Part shown: one piece after another, positions 1 through 5,294 of the stretch
Layout of the letters: each line of letters starts with the position of its first letter
How positions within the stretch are numbered: position 1 is the stretch's first letter
Assembly (NCBI GenBank): GCA_003056265.1
Contig: NBVN01000016.1
Span: 1 to 6,460 of the forward strand
Direction of reading: 5' to 3'
From: Zestosphaera tikiterensis
GTDB lineage: Archaea > Thermoproteota > Thermoprotei_A > Sulfolobales > NBVN01
DNA length: 6,460 nucleotides
Made by a program: the position numbers and the translations under genes
Notes under the pieces: generated by a model
What the model saw: only the letters and a program-made list of their open reading frames with translations
Told to the model about the DNA's origin: nothing
Databases searched by the model: none

Positions 1-2
1 TA

Positions 3-782
3 GGCTACAACCCAGATAATCTTGTATCCGTCGACATTAACGAGAACAACGTAACTCTAGCAATTTTTAAGAATAGAACACTTGAGGAATTCGTCAGGAT
101 AGAGACAAAGCTCGGAAAGATCGTTATAGCATATTCCGAGAGGAGGAAGAGGATAGAGAAAGGTAAGTCAACCAAGACTAGAAGTGTAAGGAAAGCTTTA
201 AGAAAGCTTAAGGAAAGGAAAAGGAAGCTTGATATCATATATAAGGTGGCGAGGGTCATAGAAAACGTAGCTAGAATGTATAACGCTAGAGTTGTGGTTG
301 GTGATGTTTACGTTAATAAGGATGATATACTTGAGAAGGTTGTAGATGATAAGCTTAGACATAGAATACATCAGTGGAGCGTTTCTAAGTTGGTGGGCGT
401 TCTCAGTCAGAAGCCTCTGTATGTTGAGTGTGTGCCTGAAGAGGGTTCTTCCAATAGAGATCCGTTTAGAAAACGTAGAAAGCTTATGTATGCCTCCGCA
501 GTGATCCGTTTTGTGAAGGTGAGCGGGGGCTTTAGGAGAAGAGTTAAAGTTGAGAAAGCAACCTTAAGAACAGCAAGACTAAGTAATGGATGGATCCTAG
601 ATAGGGATATGGTTGGATCTCTAAACATAGGTCTTAAAGCCCTAAACTCAGATGGGAGCCCCATGGCGTTGGGCTCGACAGAGCCTCATGAAGTGCGGGC
701 GAAGCTAGTGAACCCGTACAGAGGGCTAACCCAGACCACGGAATTAAAAATATTAGGAATATTTAAGGGTACCGTGGTCTAG
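3..782 (+). CDS. tnpB: IS200/IS605-family TnpB (OrfB)-like protein, 5'-truncated by the window edge; apparently degenerate (RuvC-II Glu replaced by Gly, no zinc-ribbon cysteines)
   Basis: Frame 3 is open from nt 3 to TAG 780-782. The ORF-track entry 246..782 is only the part after an internal GTG. The translation GYNPDNLVSVDINENNVTLAIF...RKALRKLKERKRKLDIIYKVARVIENVARMYNARVVVGDV...LRHRIHQWSVSKLVGVLSQKPLYVECVPEEGSS...GWILDRDMVGSLNIGLKAL follows the TnpB/OrfB_IS605 layout. That layout is a RuvC-I block (vDiNe, Asp codon 33-35), a basic helical region, a RuvC-II strand (VVVGD, 291-305), and a C-terminal DRDxNAAxNI-like block (DRDMVGSLNI, 600-629). By-eye motif match only. Confidence 0.75.
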   Translation, partial: GYNPDNLVSVDINENNVTLAIFKNRTLEEFVRIETKLGKIVIAYSERRKRIEKGKSTKTRSVRKALRKLKERKRKLDIIYKVARVIENVARMYNARVVVGDVYVNKDDILEKVVDDKLRHRIHQWSVSKLVGVLSQKPLYVECVPEEGSSNRDPFRKRRKLMYASAVIRFVKVSGGFRRRVKVEKATLRTARLSNGWILDRDMVGSLNIGLKALNSDGSPMALGSTEPHEVRAKLVNPYRGLTQTTELKILGIFKGTVV

Positions 783-783
783 G
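640..783 (+). ncRNA. Candidate omega-RNA (right-end RNA) scaffold / IS right-end structured region overlapping the tnpB-like 3' end
   Basis: There are four stem-loops in about 130 nt. GAGCCC 656-661 pairs with GGGCTC 671-676 (alternative: GGCTC 672-676 with GAGCC 681-685). GTGCGGG 693-699 pairs with CCCGTAC 713-719, including one G-U wobble. A nested hairpin has outer stem AGACCACGG 733-741 with CCGTGGTCT 772-780 and inner stem AAATATT 748-754 with AATATTT 758-764. TnpB omega RNAs are known to overlap the 3' end of tnpB and stop at the IS right end. Boundaries are guessed. Confidence 0.3.
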
Positions 784-1107
784 AAACGCTGAACGATGTA
801 TGGAATACATCGACGAAAATGTCCCCAACGGCGTCAACGTCGATGCGTGCTTCAAACAAGTTCTTCTTATAGTATAGTACGTATTCAACGCATTCACTCC
901 TCATTATTATTAATCACCTTCTGCAGACGATACACGTGATACTTGAAGTTCGAGTACTTAATCTTCAGTCCTGTCCTGCTGTTAACCAGATCTACGAAAT
1001 CCTTCATACACGCACTATCTAATCCTACACCGTCGTCGTCCATAAACACACCCCTAGACGTTGAATTCGTTAAGAGTAACTACCATATCGTCTGGTGTAG
1101 AAATCAT
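779..1107 (-). pseudogene. Possible decayed gene: three consecutive short minus-strand ORFs in different frames (17 aa, 49 aa, 41 aa)
   Basis: ATG 1107-1105 is preceded by GGAGGT (1120-1115, 7-nt spacer) and gives MISTPDDMVVTLNEFNV before a stop. ATG 1043-1041 gives MDDDGVGLDSACMKDFVDLVNSRTGLKIKYSNFKYHVYRLQKVINNNEE, ending at TGA 896-894. The overlapping ATG 904-902 gives MRSECVEYVLYYKKNLFEARIDVDAVGDIFVDVFHTSFSVS, ending at TAG 781-779. All three are below the ORF-track length cut-off. I recognised no family. They could be independent micro-ORFs or noise. Confidence 0.2.
794..812. repeat. Perfect 8-bp inverted repeat with 3-nt spacer (CGATGTAT-gga-ATACATCG) just downstream of the tnpB-like stop; possible IS200/IS605 subterminal hairpin or bidirectional terminator
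   Basis: Read directly: 794-801 CGATGTAT, 802-804 GGA, 805-812 ATACATCG, which is the exact reverse complement. It lies between convergent reading frames. Its function is not established. Confidence 0.5.
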
Positions 1108-1164
1108 ATTCCCAACCTCCTGTAGACATCATCCAGCAAGACCTTCAAGAATATAACGGGCAGA

Positions 1165-1180
1165 ACAATAAAAGCAAAGA
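1165..1180 (-). terminator. Oligo-T tract downstream of the RHH gene (minus-strand CTTTGCTTTTATTGTT), a possible archaeal intrinsic terminator
   Basis: The T-rich run on the transcribed strand starts about 25 nt after the TGA at 1205-1207. Archaeal RNA polymerase terminates at oligo-T stretches. Only sequence composition supports this call. Confidence 0.25.
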
Positions 1181-1204
1181 GCCACCACAGACACTCAGTC
1201 ACCC

Positions 1205-1387
1205 TCATCCAACTTCACCCACCTTCATCTCCAGAAGCCCGGCTTTTTCCAAATCCTCCCTTATTAAGCTTCGCAGGTAATCACTTACGCTTATGTAGCC
1301 CTTCATATCTATACGCCTTAGGATTAAAGACCTCCATTCAATAGGAACAACAAGACCTATATGCCACATCTTTTTTCTTTCTCTCAT
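1205..1387 (-). CDS. Ribbon-helix-helix (CopG/Arc/MetJ-like) DNA-binding protein, 60 aa
   Basis: MRERKKMWHIGLVVPIEWRSLILRRIDMKGYISVSDYLRSLIREDLEKAGLL shows the RHH pattern. This is an N-terminal beta-strand (HIGLVVP), helix 1 (EWRSLILRRID), a G-containing turn, and helix 2 with the typical S.S(D/E)YlR.lI signature. GGTG lies at 1399-1396, 8 nt upstream of ATG 1387-1385. A TATA box lies about 35 nt upstream. Confidence 0.75.
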   Translation of the reverse strand: MRERKKMWHIGLVVPIEWRSLILRRIDMKGYISVSDYLRSLIREDLEKAGLLEMKVGEVG

Positions 1388-1405
1388 AAATTTTACACCA
1401 GATTA

Positions 1406-1426
1406 AAATATGTTGAAAACATATTT
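1406..1426. promoter_or_regulatory. Perfect 9-bp inverted repeat AAATATGTT-gaa-AACATATTT in the RHH gene promoter; candidate operator
   Basis: Read directly: 1406-1414 AAATATGTT, 1415-1417 spacer, 1418-1426 AACATATTT. It overlaps the TATA box (1422-1429) and sits between the TATA box and the expected transcription start of the RHH gene. It is also 24 nt downstream of the upstream operon stop (1450), but the all-AT stem makes it a poor RNA hairpin. Confidence 0.5.
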
Positions 1427-1429
1427 AAA
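1422..1429 (-). promoter_or_regulatory. TATA box TTTAAATA for the RHH gene
   Basis: The minus strand reads TTTAAATA, matching the archaeal TTTAWATA consensus. Its downstream (3') end at 1422 lies 35 nt upstream of ATG 1387 (43 nt from the 5' end at 1429), implying a short leader that contains the GGTG motif. Confidence 0.45.
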
Positions 1430-1449
1430 ATTAAATGTTCCATTCCCTC

Positions 1450-2040
1450 TTAGAGTTCATCCTCGGAAGTCAGTAATACGTAGGTAGCGCCAGCAAGTAA
1501 AGCATTAATCGTGTTTAACGCCATAACCGTTAAGGGGTTTAAGAGAGTTGAAGTTAGGCTGTTTACGTGGTAGTACGTCCTACCGAAGTTTACCAAGCCT
1601 GCTGACGTATAGAATACGTTATCAACGCTTAACCCACTTACTTCAGTCGTTAAGATCCTAACTATTGAGAGTAGTAACGTACTCATGGCTACCGATGCTA
1701 AACCACCGCCTAAAAGCAACTCCACCGCCGAAAGTAAGGAGTTAAACTTCTTAAAAACATACGTTAGTAAGGCATAAGCTGAAGAAGCGATTAAAAACGT
1801 GGATAACATAAATAAAGGAATGGTTAAAACCCTCACAGCATCTAACGAAGCAACACGCACTACCTCACCATAGTAGCTCAGTAGATACCATAAGAGAGCG
1901 ACCTCACCCTCCACAACGCCGTGGAAACGGTAGATAGGCGTCACTACAGACGTTATTAACGTCAACCCTAAGAACGTAGCGGAAACGCAGGCCAGTATGT
2001 AAAGCACCTTAACCTTTGAAGTCAACCCTCCTCCTCTCAA
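1450..2040 (-). CDS. Polytopic integral membrane protein (about 5 predicted TM helices), last gene of the fibre operon; unknown family
   Basis: The 196-aa ORF is dominated by hydrophobic stretches (VLYILACVSATFLGLTLITSVV, VLTIPLFMLSTFLIASSAYALLTYVF, LLLGGGLASVAMSTLLLSIV, LTVMALNTINALLAGATYVLL). The start is uncertain. The track uses TTG 2040, which overlaps the upstream gene by 32 nt. TTG 2025-2023 directly follows GGAGGAGGG. GTG 2007-2005 begins 1 nt after the upstream TAA (2011-2009). All three options imply translational coupling to the peptidase gene. Confidence 0.7.
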   Translation of the reverse strand: MRGGGLTSKVKVLYILACVSATFLGLTLITSVVTPIYRFHGVVEGEVALLWYLLSYYGEVVRVASLDAVRVLTIPLFMLSTFLIASSAYALLTYVFKKFNSLLSAVELLLGGGLASVAMSTLLLSIVRILTTEVSGLSVDNVFYTSAGLVNFGRTYYHVNSLTSTLLNPLTVMALNTINALLAGATYVLLTSEDEL

Positions 2041-3139
2041 GAACTACCCCACCCCCGCCGTAAGGCCAGAACTTAAACTCGTATTTAAACTCTACGTAAG
2101 CATATCTACTGCCGTTTACAGGCATCACATCTATCGTTAAGGACTTCCCAGCCCCCACGACGTAATCGCTTAAGTACTCAATCTTCAAAACCTCAGGTGT
2201 GTTGAAGGGTTGCTTAACCCCCATGTAAATCACTTTAACTTCAGTTAAGTTGAATTGAATGTAGTTTGGGTTGTTAATAACTACTGAGTTGTTAATCACC
2301 GATACTTGAAGCGCCCTCCAGTTTATAGTGTATGAATACCTCCCCTCAACCCACCCCTTATCGAACGTTATGTTTAGCCTTAAGCTTACGTAAGTTATGT
2401 AGTTATTTGAAGCTCTATAGGCGTAGCTATACACCTCCCTAGGCACTTCAACAACAGCTACGGAACCCACTAAACGATGCGTTAAACATGGGAAGGTAGC
2501 GTTTAGTAAGGTAACCTCACATAAACTTACGTTTAGAGGCTCAGCGTTTTCAACTGTGAAGGTTAAGTAGACACTACCCCCATCTTTAGAGACTTCCATA
2601 CCCCTTAACTCAACCGAAGGCTTAATTAAAACCGTTGCCGGGCTGAAGTACTGAACACCCACTAAAAACACGGTAGCTATGTCAACGATCACGAAAAATA
2701 TGAATACTGCGTAAGCCACCCTCATCTCACCCGGCGTGATGGTCTTAAGCGTTGAGGCTATCTCCCTACGCTTCTTGAAGACGTAGAAAGCAGTTAATGC
2801 GAGGACAGCAGGAATCCAAAACTCACTAGGTATGTGGGACACGACCTTATACTTAACGAACGAAGCAGGTATTGAAGGATCTGGCAACGGGTTATTATCG
2901 CCTTTAGTTACTACATACCCTTCAGAAACGTTAACAACCCTATGTATAGTTCCATACGCTACCGTAGCATACCAAACAACAACATCACCAACCCCATAAC
3001 CACTTAAATACGTAGCAACACCTAAAACGAAATCCCCAGTCTTAAGAGTTGGAAGCATGGAATCCCCGGAAACCACGAAGAGAGCTACGGGAAACCAAAC
3101 CAACCTACCTAAAACAAGTGTGAGGACCGCTACCGCCAT
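2009..3139 (-). CDS. Type I signal peptidase, S26B (archaeal/ER Sec11 / Bacillus SipW type), fused to two further TM helices and an approximately 210-aa beta-rich extracellular C-terminal extension
   Basis: The N-terminal TM segment is followed by the S26 boxes. These are SGDSMLPTL (catalytic Ser codon 3061-3059), GDVVVW, GTIHRVV (a His rather than Lys general base, so S26B), and TKGDNNPLPD. Next come FWIPAVLALTAFYVF-KKRRE and VAYAVFIFFVIVDIATVFLVGV. After these is a Val/Asn/Tyr-rich region with six N-x-S/T sequons (NVS, NAT, NIT, NNS, NLT, NGS), with a seventh (NVS) in the peptidase domain, consistent with an exposed, glycosylated domain. Confidence 0.85.
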   Translation of the reverse strand: MAVAVLTLVLGRLVWFPVALFVVSGDSMLPTLKTGDFVLGVATYLSGYGVGDVVVWYATVAYGTIHRVVNVSEGYVVTKGDNNPLPDPSIPASFVKYKVVSHIPSEFWIPAVLALTAFYVFKKRREIASTLKTITPGEMRVAYAVFIFFVIVDIATVFLVGVQYFSPATVLIKPSVELRGMEVSKDGGSVYLTFTVENAEPLNVSLCEVTLLNATFPCLTHRLVGSVAVVEVPREVYSYAYRASNNYITYVSLRLNITFDKGWVEGRYSYTINWRALQVSVINNSVVINNPNYIQFNLTEVKVIYMGVKQPFNTPEVLKIEYLSDYVVGAGKSLTIDVMPVNGSRYAYVEFKYEFKFWPYGGGGVVLERRRVDFKG

Positions 3140-3210
3140 AAGGTAATCAAGTCTTAAAGTCTTCAGGCCTCAGCACCTTCCCGACATAATTTAATAACTT
3201 AAGCATGATT

Positions 3211-5279
3211 TTAAACACTAACCTCTAAAAGAACGTAATCTAGGTAAAGCCGGTAATCTAGGTCTGTATTGCCTTTCGAAGATATGTTAACTTGAATTAC
3301 GGCGAGGTATTCGTTACTGAATTCCAGTAGGTCTGAAGGGATTGCGTAGCTATATACGTCGTAAGAACTTGACGGCGTTAAAGAAGCACTCCACACTATG
3401 CTGCCGTTGCTTAAGTCAATTATGGATATGGTTAAGCTCTGACTGCTTAACTGACCTTCCGGTTGCGCTTCATATCTACACCTAACTTCAAGCTTAAGGT
3501 CCCCGGCAATCCTAGGAGCTGTGAACACTTGCTGAATTAAAGCTACGTCGCCGCCGACCCCCTTAGGTAGTGTACCGTTTAGAAGGGCTACACCGCCTAA
3601 TGCTTGAAGGTCTGTTGAGGAAACCCACTTCAAGTAAGTACCGCTTACTACCTCCCAATGGCTTAGGGATTCGTTGAAATCATAATTCAAAAGCAATTGA
3701 GCGGGGACTACCTCATCGAGGTACCCGCTTTCATCCCCTAGAGCTTCAGACTCGCTATAAGGTTCGTAGGAGGTTTCCGAAGGGTTGGTTGCGGGTTGAG
3801 GTTCAGCATAGCTTAAGGTTGGGTCGGGGTCAATAAGCTGTATGGTTAACGGGTATATAACGCAGGCGCCGACGTAGTTAGGACCGCCTACACATCCGAT
3901 AACTTTCAATACTAAAGTGGAGGTTGATCCCGATGAAGCGTAAGCGCTTCCAACGACTACGTGTTTAGTAGAGCTAGACGGTAGAAACACCCAATCAGTA
4001 GAGGTTGAGGTAGGGGCGCCGTTCACGATCGTTATCTTTTGTGAATTGCCTTCAACGTATATCTCTGCGTTAAGGCTTGAATCTATGGTTGATGAGCCTA
4101 CGTCAAGCTCAAGCATTAAGTAATAATTCTGAGTGGCTGTTAAGTCGACTGCGTAGAACGAGGTTAAAGCGTTAGAACTCGACGAAACGTATGCGGTTAC
4201 GACCGCGTTAGTTCCCGTAGGACCTATAGACGTGGATAGCGTATGTGTGTTAAGGCTGTAGTTATCGCCGCCTAGGAAAGCATCGCTAGTGGGTATTGAT
4301 GCATTCAGACAGAGAAGGCTCCCGTCCGGGTAGGCTATCCTTATATTGCCGTCGCTACCCGTACCCAGAACTACATCTGGAGTAACGCTTAGGCTGTACG
4401 TGCTTGATGTAGCCGTGAAGCTGTATGTAAGCGTGCCGAGGTTGTCGTAGATGTTGAATATCAGCCCGCTCCGAAGATTTGTGAAAGTTACGGTTCTGGG
4501 ATCCCTAGTTGAGATTATGAAGTCGTCGAACCTACCGTAGTTGCCGTCCACCTCAAGACCTATGTAGGCTGGAGTAAACCTTCTTGCTGATGTGCTACTC
4601 GCCGTTAAGTATGCCACTTGATTGCCGTTGGGGTCATAGACCCACACATAGAAGTTCACAGCTGTTGTCGTAGCAACGTAGTTCAGCACTATAGTGTACC
4701 AGTAGCCGGAGTTAAAACTGCTGAAGGCGGCACTACCTAATTGACTCCAACCACCGGCCCTTTCAACGTTGTAACTCCGTACATAAATCACGTTGTTGTA
4801 TATCGATATCTCGTAGAGCCTATTCGTTCCGGAGTTAATCAGGGCTAAACCTTTATATGTAGTAGTCGGTGAGCCGTAGACCTTCAGAGTCACCCACAGA
4901 GATGTGTATGTAGTGTCCAACCTAGTGTTGTAGTAGTACTGTGAAGCCCCGCCGATGCCTCCACCGTTGTCGCTGTACTGGAGTGCGTTGCCTTTATGAC
5001 CACCGGATACTATGGAGGTTGTCCCGCCCCTGCTAGCCCACCCACTTGGAAGACTCTCGAAGTCTGTGTACGTTACAGCACCTCTATAGGTTCTCACTAG
5101 TGCTATGCATGTGTAGCTGTAGGGTGGATTAGTAAATGTGAGTGTGGGGTTAACCCCCCGAGTATTCACGGAGGTAGGGTAGTAGGCGAATACGGAAGCA
5201 TAAACAGAAGGTATGATGAGGACTAGGAGCGACGTGACTAATATATAAAAAAACTTAGTTTCGGCTTAGGGTGTTTCAT
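3211..5279 (-). CDS. Large secreted multidomain protein (about 689 aa if joined): signal peptide, ConA/LamG-like lectin domain, Ser/Thr-rich beta region, acidic linker, CBM-like C-terminal beta-sandwich. It needs a -1 frameshift (or a T8 allele) at 5247-5253; candidate fibre-associated adhesin
   Basis: The track ORF 3211..5169 starts at an internal GTG. Its frame stays open upstream to 5265 and encodes KFFYILVTSLLVLIIPSVYASVFAYYPTS, a signal-peptide-like core, but has no ATG/GTG/TTG there. ATG 5279-5277 is preceded by GGTGA (5291-5287, 6-nt spacer) and opens MKHPKPKLSFF in the other frame. It meets the long frame inside a T7 run. Domain calls are by eye. The lectin-like part reads FESLPSGW..GNALQ..YWYTIVLNY..FYVWVYDPNGN..IGLEVDGNYGRFDDFII. 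The linker reads DPDPTLSYAEPQPATNPSETSYEPYSESEALGDESGYLDEVVP (3706-3831). The C-terminal part reads NYDFNESLSHWEVV...LYLDYVLLEVSV. Confidence 0.8.
5247..5253 (-). other. Homopolymer T7 (A7 on the + strand), equivalent to the slippery heptamer U UUU UUU at the junction of the two reading frames of the large secreted protein gene
   Basis: Read directly. Frame A (from ATG 5279) reads AGT TTT TTT ATA TAT TAG. Frame B (the long ORF) reads AAG TTT TTT TAT ATA TTA. A -1 slip on the T run, or one extra T, fuses them. Confidence 0.7.
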
Positions 5280-5294
5280 TCTTGCTCACCATTA

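Noticed and set aside
5-259. 84-aa minus-strand ORF from the track (MTLATLYMISSFLFLSLSFLKAF...)
   Set aside because: It lies entirely antisense to the tnpB-like frame, which has clear family motifs. Its low-complexity Leu/Phe/Ser composition is typical of the reverse complement of a Lys/Arg/Glu-rich coding region. It has no upstream promoter or SD.
407-664. 85-aa minus-strand ORF from the track
   Set aside because: It is antisense to the tnpB-like CDS and has no recognisable motif or start context. It is most likely a shadow ORF.
943-1125. 60-aa plus-strand ORF from the track (MKFEYLIFSPVLLL...)
   Set aside because: The TTG start has no SD or TATA context. It is antisense to minus-strand ORFs, one of which has a strong GGAGGT-N7-ATG. 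No family signal was seen.
1205-1387. RHH protein as the antitoxin of a type II toxin-antitoxin pair
   Set aside because: No intact toxin-sized ORF is adjacent on either side. The downstream ORFs are fragmented and show no PIN, RelE/ParE or HEPN signature by eye. I kept it only as an alternative in the findings.
3145-3160. Short tandem AAGTCTT-A-AAGTCTT (AGTCTT repeated) and an AGGCCT palindrome (3167-3172) between the adhesin-like and peptidase genes
   Set aside because: They are too short (6-7 nt) to distinguish from chance. No extended stem or T-tract supports a terminator or operator.
3140-3210. Possible internal promoter (minus-strand TTATTAAAT, + strand 3189-3197) in the 71-nt gap before the signal peptidase gene
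   Set aside because: The AT-rich element is only a weak TATA match, the spacing is loose, and no SD lies near ATG 3139. I cannot distinguish it from ordinary intergenic AT-richness, so I treat the peptidase as co-transcribed with the upstream genes.
5167-5169. GTG at 5169 as the true start of the large protein (as in the ORF track)
   Set aside because: It has no SD. It would produce a protein lacking any signal peptide. Meanwhile the same frame upstream encodes a signal-like hydrophobic core plus the ASVFAYY motif shared with the neighbouring secreted protein. The ATG at 5279 with GGTGA is the better start, given a frameshift.
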